Source: Malacoraja senta
Lineage: Eukaryota
DNA: 64,000 nt
Reading direction: 5' to 3'
NCBI GenBank assembly: GCA_038087875.1
Contig: JAXLNO010000446.1
Coordinates: 1 to 64,000, forward strand
Shown here: one piece after another, positions 1-10,385 of the stretch
Layout: every line of letters begins with the position of its first letter
How positions within the stretch are numbered: the first letter of the stretch is position 1
Notes under the pieces: generated by a model
Told to the model about the DNA's origin: nothing
The model's database searches: none
The model's input: only the letters and a program-made list of their open reading frames with translations
Program-made: the position numbers and the translations under genes

Positions 1-58
1 TCTTTTTTCTGCGCAAGGTAAAAATTAAAATATTTCCTTAAAAAGATCCAACTGCATC

Positions 59-92
59 GGTCTGAAGAAGGGTCTCGACCAGAAACGTTGCC
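59..92 (+). ncRNA. Putative minimal type I hammerhead ribozyme
   Basis: CTGAAGA (62-68), hairpin GGTC/GACC, GAAAC (82-86), GTT (87-89). ggt (59-61) can pair with gcc (90-92) as stem I. Confidence 0.55.
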
Positions 93-188
93 TAATTCCT
101 TCGCTCCATAGATGCTGCCTCACCCGCTGAGTTTCTCCAGCATTTTTGTCTACCTTCCATTTTCCAGCATCTGCAGTTCCCTCTTAAA
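59..188 (+). mobile_element. Short Penelope-derived non-autonomous element with hammerhead-like motif
   Basis: ggtCTGAAGA...GAAACGTTgcc...cagcatctgcagttccctcttaaa flanked by the direct repeat caactgcatc (49-58, 189-198). Confidence 0.8.
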
Positions 189-399
189 CAACTGCATCCT
201 GGTATCAGCTCAACAAGTCCACAGGTATTAACACCTGGAGTCTAACCTGACATCATCATAGGTGTTCAATCCCTCTGTGAACCGTTAATGCTTCCACACA
301 GAGTTTCACTTCAGTTACCTGTCACCTTCAGGAAATATAAAGGGAAGCAGGGCAGGACCTTCACAGTGAATGGCAGGGCTCCTGTTCATTCCCGGGATG

Positions 400-838
400 G
401 GAGAATGGAGCAGCTGGGCTTGTACACTCTGGAGTCTAGAAGGATGAGAGGGGATCTTATTGAAACATATAATATTATTAAGAGTTTGGACACGTTAGAG
501 GCAGGAAACATGTTCCCGATGTGGGGGGAGTCCTGAACCAGGGGCCACAGTTTAAGAATAAGGAGTAAGCCATTTAGAACGGAGACGAGGAAACACTTTT
601 TCTCACAGAGAGTTGTCAGTCTGAGGAATTCTCTGCCTCAGAGGGCTGTGGAGGCCGGTTCTCTGGATACTTTCAAGAGAGAGCTAGATAGGGCTCTTAA
701 AGATAGCGGAGTCAGGGGATATGGAGAGAAGGCAGGAACGGGGTACTGATTGGGTATGATCAGCCATGATCACATTGAATGGCGGTGCTGGCTCGAAGGG
801 CTGAATGGCCTACTCCTGCACCTATTGTCTATTGTCTA
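400..838 (+). mobile_element. CR1 LINE 3' fragment with (CTATTGT)n tail
   Basis: Translates to LGLYTLE.RRMRGDLIETY and GYGEKAGTGY*, the same C-terminus as the long CR1 ORF2 ending at 13411. Confidence 0.9.
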
Positions 839-1062
839 TCCATGTACCTGTCCATGTGTCTTTTAAACATTGCGATAGTTCCTGTCTCAGCTATCTGCTC
901 TGGCAGTTCATTCCATATTCGCACCATGCTCTGAGTGAAAAAGTTGCCCCTCAGGTTCCTATTAAATCTTTCCCCTCTTACCTTAAACTAATGTCCTCTG
1001 GTTCTCGACTCCCCTACCCTGGGTGAATGACTCTGTGTATTTACCCAATGTATTGGGTGAAT

Positions 1063-1310
1063 GGCTTTGCCCGAGCAAGATTCTTGCCTCTTTTCCGGGG
1101 TTATGTCCGTGCCCGGGTGGTGTTAGAGAGGGACATGGTTGTAGAGTAGTTATTTAGTAGATTTGTAAGGGTTGTAATGTAATTGTTTGAAAATGTAGTG
1201 TCTAGATCATTTGGTGATGTTGTACACTGGTGGTGGGTTTGCTGCCAGGGTTTGGTTTTGTATCGTCATCTGTAATTCAATCAATTATTTTTGATACAAA
1301 AAAAACATTT
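1063..1310 (+). mobile_element. Tx1/L1-like LINE 3' fragment
   Basis: Reads FLPLFRGYVRARVVLERD, resembling the Tx1-clade ORF2 C-terminus. It is followed by a T-rich UTR and an A-rich tail. Confidence 0.55.
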
Positions 1311-1568
1311 TTTTCAATGATGTGCTGGCAATGGAAGTGTGAAAATCATGAGGGGAATACATTGGGTAAATACACAGAGTCATTCACCCAGGGTAGGGGA
1401 GTCGAGAACCAGAGGACATTAGTTTAAGGTAAGAGGGGAAAGATTTAATAGGAACCTGAGGGGCAACTTTTTCACTCAGAGCATGGTGCGAATATGGAAT
1501 GAACTGCCAGAGCAGATAGCTGAGACAGGAACTATCGCAACGTTTAAAAGACACATGGACAGGTACAT

Positions 1569-2317
1569 GGATAGACAATAGACAATAGGTGCAGGAGTAG
1601 GCCATTCAGCCCTTCGAGCCAGCACCGCCATTCAATGTGATCATGGCTGATCATCCCCAATCAGTACCCCGTTCCTGCCTTCTCCCCATATCCCCTGACT
1701 CCGCTATCTTTAAGAGCCCTATCTAACTCTCTCTTGAAAGTATCCAGAGAACCGGCCTCCACCGCCCTCTGAGGCAGAGAATTCCACAGACTCACAACTC
1801 TCTGTGAGAAAAAGTGTTTCCTCATCATCGTTCTAAATGGCTTACTCCTTATTCTTAAACTGTAGCCCCTGGTTCTGGACTCCCCCAACATCGGGAACGT
1901 GTTGTTAAAGAAGGAACTGCAGATGCTGGAAAATCGAAGGTACACAAAAATGCTGGAGAAACTCAGCGGGTGCAGCAGCATCTATGGAGCGAAGGAAATA
2001 GGCAAACGTTTCGGGGCAAAACCCTTCTTCAGTCTGAAGAAGGGTTTCGGCCCGAAACGTTGCCTATTTCCTTCGCTCCATAGATGCTGCTGCACCCACT
2101 GAGTTTCACCAGCATTTTTGTGTACCATCGGGAACATGTTTCCTGCCTCTAGCGTGTCCAAACCCTTAATAATCTTAAATGTTTCCATAAGATCCCCTCT
2201 CATTCTTCTAAATTCCAGAGTGTACAAGCCCAGCCGCTCCATTCTATCAACATATGACAGTCCCGCCATCCCGGGACTTAACCTTGTCAACCTACGCTCC
2301 CCTCAATAGCAAGAATA
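1569..2317 (-). mobile_element. CR1 3' fragment interrupted by fold-back element
   Basis: ORFs 1661..1981- and 1982..2290- carry CR1 ORF2 C-terminal peptides. Confidence 0.9.
1903..2125. mobile_element. Fold-back Penelope-derived element with hammerhead-like motif
   Basis: Palindrome centred on cttcag-t-ctgaag (~2033), with CTGAAGA 2034-2040 and GAAACGTT 2054-2061. TSD catcgggaac(g/a)tgt at 1889 and 2126. Confidence 0.8.
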
Positions 2318-2564
2318 GGACAAGTTTAGAGGGATTTGGGTCAAACGTGGGCAGCTGGGACGTGTGAATGGGACATCGTGGTCTGCGAGGAGGGCCTGTT
2401 TGCGTGCTGTACGATCCTAAGAATATTCTTCACTTGTTCATCACTTGAGCAAAGCTGCCTTCATGTCAGTAAAGAGCAACTGTTGAATGTGTTTCTAACC
2501 TGGCCGCCTGCCATCATCATGGCTTCAATGCCACAGAGATTATGATCACTAATTGCAGGCCCTT

Positions 2565-2835
2565 TACAGCGCTTTCAGCTCCAGAGACACCGGTTCGCTT
2601 CCGACTACGGGCGCTGTCTGTACGGAGTTTGTACGTTCTCCCCCTAACCTGCGTGGGTTTTCTCCGAGATCTTCAGTTCCCTCCCACACTCCAAAGACGT
2701 GTAGGTTTGTAGGTTAATTAGCTTGGTGTAAGTGTAAATTGTCCCTGGTGTGTGTAGGGTAGTGTTAGCGTGCGGGGATCGCTGGTTGGTGTGGACTCGG
2801 TTTGCTGAAGGGCCTGTTTCTCTAAAACTAAAACT
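2565..2835 (+). mobile_element. HE1/V-SINE-type SINE (5' degraded); mirror at ~63755-64000
   Basis: V-domain gtctgtacggagtttgtacgttctcccc...cctcccacactccaaagac followed by a CR1-like tail gaagggcctgtttc. Confidence 0.85.
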
Positions 2836-3436
2836 AATTCTGATAGTGCAAACCTGATTAACGCTGACTTTTGTAGCGGTCTCAGTCAGCAACGTGTGCC
2901 TTTGAATGTATTTCTCTTTTCTTCTCTCACTTACAAAGCTAACAAAAGAGTGAATTCCTGAGCCGGCGAGTGGTCCAGGCTGACACAAGATGTTCACACG
3001 TTGGTTTGTGAGTGAGACGGAGGTTTGTCGATCAGACACTCCCCCTGAACTACGCCAGATCCCAACTCCAGGTGTCCTCTGTGACAATTCTGTTGCTTAG
3101 AGGCCAACTGCAAATGACACAGAAAACTGTAAGAGAGATAGGTTTGAGTAAAGGCTCGGGTAGAAAGGAGTTCCGTCAAAACAAAGGGACTTGGTTGGGA
3201 GGCGTGGGGGTTGGGTATAGATGACAGGACAAAGGTTTCAGTTCGGGAGAGATTTATCAACTTTGCAAATCTGCAATATTTTTGCACCTGAAATGTTTAA
3301 TGTCAAATTGCTTCTAGTCTAATCTTTCACCAACACAAGCCCATGGTTTTGATGCCAGACACTGTCTTATTCCAAATTAGTTCTCGGTTTTTGCAGAACA
3401 GGACAGCCACCTAAGTCAGTCATTTTGTGAGACAGG

Positions 3437-4083
3437 CTTTCAGCCGACATCATCAAAGACTTGTCCCACCCTGGTCATTCCTTCTTCTCCCCGCTCCCGT
3501 CCGGCAGAAGGTACAGAAGCTTGAAAGCGCGCACCACCAGACTCAGGAACAGCTTCTTCCCCTCTGTTATCAGGCTTCTGAACGGCCCTTCCATAAGCTA
3601 GGGTACTGTCCGATTCACCTCTACCCCATTGCGGACATTGGACTTTGTCTGTGGAACTGATGCGCTACAATGCTGAGAACTATATTCTGCACTCTGTATC
3701 TTCCCCTTTGCTCTACCAACTGTGGACGGCTCGATTGTAATCATGTATAGTCTTTCCCTTGACTCGATCGCAGTTAACAAAAATCTTTAAGGGCCTGTCC
3801 CACTTGGTGATTTTTTCGGCGACTGCCGTCATCATTGCCTGACATATCAGGTCACTTCAATATTTGCGGCGTGTTGCGGCGTTACTCGGCGTGATGACGT
3901 ATGAAGCGCGGTGTCTTTCAAGTGTTGCAACATTTTTATTTTTTTGCCGCTGGATATTGAAATGTTCAAAATCTTTTGGCGACACTGATATGACGCCGGC
4001 AGTCGCCGAAAACATCGCCAAGTGGGACAGGCCCTTTACACTGTACCTCGGTACAAGTGACAATAAACTAAACTAAACTAAAC
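3437..4083 (+). mobile_element. Rex1/Babar-like LINE 3' fragment(s) with (AAACT)n tail, interrupted by a MITE
   Basis: IIKD.SHPGHSFFSPLPSGRRYRSLKARTTRLRNSFFP-type sequence. Ends cactgtacctcggtacaagtgacaataaactaaact. Confidence 0.7.
3790..4035. mobile_element. PIF/Harbinger-like MITE; mirror at 62565-62810
   Basis: TIRs agggcctgtcccacttgg / ccaagtgggacaggccct with extended internal complementarity. TTA TSD at 3787-3789 and 4036-4038. Confidence 0.8.
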
Positions 4084-4087
4084 TATT

Positions 4088-4298
4088 GTGTTGGAATGAA
4101 CTGCAGATGCTGGTTTACACCAAAGATAGACACAAAATGCTGGAGTAACTCAGCGGGACAGGCTGCTTCTCTGGAGAGAAAGAATGGGTGACGTTTCAGG
4201 TTGTGACCCTTCTTCAGACTGAGTCTGAAACATCACCCATTCCTTCTCTCCAGAGATGCTGCCTGTCCCGCTGAATTACTCCAGCATGTTGTGTCTAT
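4088..4298 (-). mobile_element. Fold-back Penelope-derived element (second subfamily); mirror ~62303-62512
   Basis: The minus strand reads CTGAAGA-AGGGTCACAACCT-GAAACGTC-ACCC (seen on + at 62383-62414), with inverted arms. Confidence 0.75.
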
Positions 4299-5209
4299 AT
4301 TAAACTAAAGCCATGATCACATTGAATGGTGGTGCTGGCTTGAAGGGCCGAATGGCCTACTCCTGCACCAATTGTCTATTGTCTAAACTATTGTACTTGA
4401 GTTTAACTTGATTGTATTTATGTGTAGTATTATCTGATCAGCAAAACAAAGCTCTTCACTGTACCTCTGTACATGTGACAATAAAGCTGAACAACGAGTC
4501 TCACTGGTGAAGTGTTCACCTCCCTCTGTTGCTGCACAGGAGGGTGTGAGTGCCCCTTGTCAGTCACCGCCAGCGGGTGGGGGGCATGGAATTGTAGGGC
4601 AGCCAGCCAGCCAGCCTTGAAGGCTACTTGTTCTGGTTCAGTTTCATGCTGTCACGGTGAATTTGCATCCAGCTTGTTTTCATCAAAACTATGCCATGAA
4701 TTCAGCAGGGCGCATGTTTGACTCAACAAAGGACGACTGCAGCAAGAGATGAAAGCAGAATGTTCCCGCACGGCACTCATCATTAGGTTGAACCATGTAA
4801 TGTGAGCAGATACTAACAGGCCATCATTGAAATCTCCTTCCACTTCTCATGCCTGACTTCATTGCCCCATGATCCTTGACCATCAATGACATTGAGAAGA
4901 TTCATTGAAAAGGCAGAAAACAACATTCCATCCAAAATGAGTTGAAGCTTGGCTGTAATTTGTTGCCGTAACCACAAACATTGCTGTTATTATCTGCAGC
5001 TCCTTCTCAGCTTCAACTTTAGTTGGAGTTTAGTTTAGAGATACAGCACAGAAACAGGCCCTTCGGCCAATCGTGTCCATGCCGACCATGCCGGGGAACT
5101 GATTGTGGATGATCGGCCATGATCACATTGAATGGCGGTGCTGGCTCGAAGGGCCGAATGGTCGACTCCTGCACCTATTGTCTGTTGTCTGTTGTCTATT
5201 GTCTATTGA

Positions 5210-5412
5210 CCAGCGATCCCCGCACACTAACAAGCCAATTAGCCTACAAATCTGTACGTCTTTGGAGTGTGAGAGGAAACCGGAGCACCCAGAGAAAACC
5301 CACACAGTCACAGGGAGAACGTACAAACTCCGTACAGACAGCATCTGTAGTCAGGATCGAACCAGGTCTCTGGCGCTGTGAGGCAGCAACTCTACCCGCT
5401 ACGCCACCGTGA
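5210..5412 (-). mobile_element. HE1/V-SINE-type SINE
   Basis: Reverse complement of the tRNA-like head plus V-domain seen at 34058. Confidence 0.85.
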
Positions 5413-5604
5413 CACCCCAAGTTATCCAAATGGAGCTGAAAATGTTACTGAGCATTTATTCCCAAGAGCCACTCCCTGAGTGAAAGTAGGTCCATGGACA
5501 CTCGGATGGACTATCCTTGATCGGACTTTGCTGGCTTCATCTTGCACTAAACCTTATTCACTTATCATCTTGCACTTATCATCTTGCACTAAACCTTATT
5601 CACT

Positions 5605-6435
5605 TTCTACAGGGGTACGGTGGAGTCTGTACTCACGTACTGCATAAATACGTGGTACTCCACCTGCAACTGCTCGGACAGGAAGGCTCTGCAGAGGGTA
5701 GTGAGGGGAGCAGAGAGGATCATTAGCGTCTCCCTACCCTCGGTACAAGAACTGTTCCTGAGCCGCTGTCGGAAAAAAGCTCAGCGAATTGCTAAGGACA
5801 AACTGCACCCCCTCCACATACACCTGGATCTCCTGCCATCAGGTAAGACATATCGCAGCATCAAAGCCCGGACTACAAGACTGCTAAACAGCTTCCTGCC
5901 ATATGCTGTGAGGCTGCTAAACAGCCACTCTGTACTCACAGTCACCTGATTCTGCGGCTTGGCATGGCGACTTCAATAACTGGCACTGGCCACTTCAATA
6001 ACTGGCACTGGCCACTCAAATCAGCTGCCCCGGACATGTTTATGATTGGTTTTACTGTATTTTAACGTTGTTTTTACCTACTTTTAAACTATTTATACTG
6101 TGTGAAATGTTTTAAATTTCTTGTGCGATGCTCCGGTATTCCCTGGGAAACGTCTTCTCATTTTGCAATGTGTTTCTTGTGTTTCTTATTTTCTTTTGGT
6201 GCTTTTGAAATTGAATTCTGTCCTTGATTTGTGTACTGTGGTGTGTTTTTTTATTTAATTTATTCCGATTATGTGTTTTTTTCTTTTTGTTGTGATTCTA
6301 TGCATTGTAAGGTGTCCTTGGGTTTTAGAAAGGCGCCAGTAAATAAAATGATTATTATTATTATTATTATTATAATGTACAACTGTTGCTTGCAAGATGA
6401 CAATAAAGGTTGATTGATTGTGTTAAAGAAGGAAC
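5605..6435 (+). mobile_element. Rex1/Babar-like LINE 3' fragment; mirror ~60342-60985
   Basis: ORF 5620..5949 (ESVLTYCINTWY..CSDRKALQRVVR.AERII...HPLH..LLPSG..YRSIKARTTRL.NSF.P.AVRLLN) and a (TTGA)n tail. Confidence 0.8.
6172..6373 (+). mobile_element. L2-like LINE/SINE 3' tail insertion, left arm only
   Basis: Ends tgtaaggtgtccttgggttttagaaaggcgccagtaaataaaatg(att)n. Flanked by aatgt repeats (6167, 6374). Absent at the mirror site ~60395-60410. Confidence 0.65.
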
Positions 6436-6608
6436 TGCAGATGCTGGAAAATCGAAGGTACACAAAAATGCTGGAGAAACTCAGCGGGTGCAGCAGCATC
6501 TATGGAGCGAAGGAAATAGGCAACGTTTCGGGCCGAAACATTGCCTATTTCCTTCGCTCCATAGATGCTGCTGCACCCGCTGAGTTTCTCCAGCATTTTT
6601 GTGTACCT
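6421..6608. mobile_element. Fold-back Penelope-derived element, left arm only
   Basis: 15-bp TSD aaggttgattgattg (6406-6420, 6609-6623). Empty site at ~60345-60375. Confidence 0.85.
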
Positions 6609-6759
6609 AAGGTTGATTGATTGATTGATTGATGTACACTGTAAATGGCTCGCTTGTAATCATGTATTGTCTTTCCGCTGACTGGTTAGCATGCAACTAA
6701 AGCTTTTCACTGTACCTCGGTACACGGGACAATAAACTACACTCAACTGAACTGAACTG

Positions 6760-7545
6760 GAGTGCTGTAGATCAGAGGGATCTAGAAGTATAAGTACATA
6801 GGTTATCACAGGTAGATGGGCCAAATGGCACACAAGCCTTCATCAGTCACAGTACAGAGAATACAGAGAAATACTTTTTGGGAAGTCTAACACGGGCAGG
6901 ACCTACACAGTGAATGGTAGGGCTCTGGGTAGTGTTGTAGAGCAGAAGGATCTAGAAGTACAGGTGCATGGTTCCTTGAAGGTGGAGTCACAGATGGATA
7001 AGGTGATCAACAAGGCTTTTGGCACTTTGGCCTTCATCAGTCAGAGTGTTGAGTATAGAAGTAGGGAGGTCATGTTACAGTTGGTGAGGTCACATTTAGA
7101 GGATTATGTTCCGTTTTGGTCACCATGTTATGGGAAAGATGTTGTCCAGTTGGAAAGAATGTAGGGAATATTTATGGGAACTCGAGAGCCTGAGTTATAG
7201 GTAGAGGTTGAGTAGGCTGGGTCTCTATTCCATGGAGCGCAGGAGGATGAGAGGTGATCTTATAGAGGTGTACAAAATCATGAGAGGAATAGATTGGGTA
7301 GATGCACAGAGTCTTTTGCGCAGGATAGGGCAATCAAGAACCAGGGGACATAGGTTTAAGGCGAGGAGGGAAAGATTTAATAGGAAGCTGAAGGGTCCAC
7401 AAAGGGTGGTGGGTTGTGGAACGAGCTGCCACAGGAGGTAGTTGAGGCAGGTATGATCATAATGTTTAAGACAGATTTTGACAGGTACTTAGATGGGATA
7501 GATTTAGAGGGATATGGCCCATACGTTGGCAGGTGGGACTAGTTC
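6760..7545 (+). mobile_element. Degenerate older CR1 ORF2 3' fragment
   Basis: ORFs 6910..7164 and 7208..7441 (LAFISQSVEYRS.EVMLQL; RRRMRGDLIEVYKIMRG). Confidence 0.85.
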
Positions 7546-7595
7546 AGTTTAGTTTAGTTTAGTTTATTGTCACGTGTACCGAGGTACAATGAAAA

Positions 7596-8010
7596 TAGAC
7601 AATAGACAGTAGACAATAGACATTAGGTGCAGGAGTAGGCCATTCGGCCCTTCGAGCCAGCACCGCCATTCAATGTGATCCTGGCTGATCATCCGCAATC
7701 AGTACCCCGTTCCTGCCTTCTTCCCATATCCCCTGACTCCGCTATCTTAAAGAACCCTATCTAGCTCTTGAAAGTATCCAGAGAACCGGCCTCCACCGCC
7801 CTCTGAGGCAGAGAATTCCACAGACTCACCACTCTCTGTGTGAAAAAGTGTTTCCTCGTCTCCGTTCTAAATGGCTTATTCCTTATTCTTAAACTGTGGC
7901 CCCTGGTTCTAGATTCCCCCAACAGCCTCTAGCATGTCCAAACATTTAACAATCTTATTTGTTTCAATAAGATCTACTGTCATCCTTCTAAACTCCAGAG
8001 TGTACAAGCC
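7596..8010 (-). mobile_element. CR1 3' fragment inserted in a Rex-like tail
   Basis: Reverse complement of the CR1 3' end with a private internal deletion (cccccaacag/cctctagcat). Confidence 0.85.
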
Positions 8011-9587
8011 CAAAAGCTTTTGTTGCGTGCTATCCAGTCAGTGGAAAGACAATACATGATTACAATCGAGCCGTTCACAGTGTACAGATATAGGATAAAG
8101 GGAATAACTAGGGTAAATGGGGCATGTTGGTCTGCATGGGCAAGTTGGGCTGAAGAGCCTGTTTCTACACTGTATGACTCTATGACGTGACTTGGGGCTA
8201 CATCTGGGCCTGTTGCTTTCCACAGATTCACTCTCAGAAAGACTGAGCTTATGTTAAATCACCAGGGCCAGATAGGCTGCATCCCAGAGTACTTAAGGAA
8301 GTAGCCCCAGAAATAGTGGATGCATTAGTGATAATTTTTCAAAACTCTTTAGATTCTGGAGTAGTTCCTGAGGATTGGAGGGTAGCTAATGTAACCCCAC
8401 TTTTTAAAAAGGGAGGGAGAGAGAAAACGGGGAATTACAGACCAGTTAGTCTAACATCGGTAGAGGGAAACTGCTAGAGTCAGTTATTAAAGATGGGATA
8501 GCAGCACATTTGGATAATGGTAAAATCATTGGACAAAGTCAGCATGGATTTATGATAGGGAAATCATGTCTGACGAATCTTATAGAATTTTTCGAGGGTG
8601 TAACTGGTAGAGTGGATAAGGGAGAACCAGTGGATGTGTTATATCTGGACTTTCAGAAGGCTTTCGACAAGGTCCCACATAAGAGATTAGTATACAAACT
8701 TAAAGCACACGGTATTGGGGGTTCAGTATTGATGTGGATAGAGAACTGGCTGGCAGACAGGAAGCAAAGAGTAGGAGTAAACGGGTCCTTTTCACAATGG
8801 CAGGCAGTGACTAGTGGGGTACCGCAAGGCTCAGTGCTGGGACCCCAGCTATTTACAATTTATATTAATGATTTGGACGAGGGAATTGAATGCAACATCT
8901 CCAAGTTTGCGGATGACACGAAGCTGGGGGGCAGTGTTAGCTATGAGGAGGATGCTCGGAGGCTGCAAGGTGACTTGGATAGGCTGGGTGAGTGGGCAAA
9001 TGCATGGCAGATGCAGTATAATGTGGATAAATGTGAGGTTATCCACTTTGGTGGCAAAAACAGGAAAGTAGACTATTATCTGAATGGTGGCCGATTAGGA
9101 AAAGGGGAGATGCAACGAGACCTGGGTGTCATGGTACACCAGTCATTAAAAGTAGGCATACAGGTGCAGCAGGCAGTGAAGAAGGCGAATGGTATGTTAG
9201 CATTCATAGCAAAAGGATTTGAGTATAGGAGCAGGGAGGTTCTACTGCAGTTGTACAGGGTCTTGGTGAGAACACACCTGGAGTATTGCGTACAGTTTTG
9301 GTCTCCTAATCTGAGGAAAGACATTCTTGCCATAGAGGGAGTACAGAGAAGGTTCACCAGACTGATTCCTGGGACGTCAGGACTTTCATATGAAGAAAGA
9401 CTGGATAGACTCGGTTTGTACTCGCTAGAATTTAGAAGATTGAGGGGGGATCTTATAGAAACGTACAAAATTCTTAAGGGGTTGGATAGGCTAGATGGAG
9501 GAAGATTGTTCCCAATGTTGGGGAAGTCCAGAACAAGGGGTCACAGTTTATGGATAAGGGGGAAATCTTTTAGGACCGAGGACCGAG

Positions 9588-10385
9588 ATGGAGAAGCAAG
9601 TGGATGACCTCCGGATCGTCCGAGAAACGGAGTCGTTCCTCGACAAGTCCTACAGTACGATTGTTACACCTAAGGTACTGGAAGAGAGAAGGTGGGAGAC
9701 GGTGAGAAAGGGAGGGAAGCATGGAATGCCAACGTCCCCGGGTGTTGTACCTCTTGTGAACAGGTTCACCCACTTAGAAGCTGTTGGGACAGAAGACGTG
9801 TTTACACTGAGCAGCGGACTGGCTTGCGATGCGAATAGGGCTGTTGAGCCAAAACCAAAAAGGCCTAAGGCAGGCAACGCCATTGTAGTGGGAGACTCCA
9901 TTGTGAGAGGTACGGACAGGGGTTTCTGTGGCAACAGACGGGATGCGAGGATGGTGTGCTGCCTTCCTGGTGCCAGGATCCAGGATGTCACGGACAGAGT
10001 GCAGAAAATCCTCAAGGGCGAAGGTGAACATCCGGAAGTGGTAGTGCATGTCGGCACAAACGATGTCGGAAAGAAGGGGATGAATATTCTGCAGCGTGAC
10101 TTTAGAGAGCTCGGAAAAATGCTGAAAAGCAGGACCTCCAGGGTTGTTATCTCCGGTTTGCTTCCAGTTCCTCGTGCTGGCGAGAGCAGGAACAGGGAGA
10201 TACGGGACCTGAACGTGTGGCTCAGGAACTGGTGCACGGGGCAGGGATTTAGATTCTTAGATCACTGGGATCTGTTTTGGGGTAAGGGGGAACTGTACAA
10301 AAGGGACGAATTGCATCTTAACAGGTGTGGGATCAGCATTCTGGCAGGCAGGTTTGCCACTGCTACACGGGTGGTTTTAAACTGA
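9588..10385 (+). CDS. CR1 ORF1, SGNH/GDSL esterase domain (5' truncated)
   Basis: VVGDSIVRG, CLPGARIQD, VVHVGTND and DELHLN blocks, typical of the CR1 ORF1 esterase. Confidence 0.85.
   Translation: MEKQVDDLRIVRETESFLDKSYSTIVTPKVLEERRWETVRKGGKHGMPTSPGVVPLVNRFTHLEAVGTEDVFTLSSGLACDANRAVEPKPKRPKAGNAIVVGDSIVRGTDRGFCGNRRDARMVCCLPGARIQDVTDRVQKILKGEGEHPEVVVHVGTNDVGKKGMNILQRDFRELGKMLKSRTSRVVISGLLPVPRAGESRNREIRDLNVWLRNWCTGQGFRFLDHWDLFWGKGELYKRDELHLNRCGISILAGRFATATRVVLN

Larger units (their letters stand above)
400..2250. repeat. Local inverted repeat (arms ~400-1054 and 1356-~2250, 301-bp spacer)
   Basis: ORFs 805..1026+ and 1384..1605- are identical but for one residue. Both arms share the same tail-to-tail CR1/CR1 junction. 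Confidence 0.85.

Noticed and set aside
9588..10385. SGNH hydrolase as a captured host or bacterial gene
   Set aside because: Esterase domains are a known component of CR1 ORF1, and this one sits directly upstream of ORF2.
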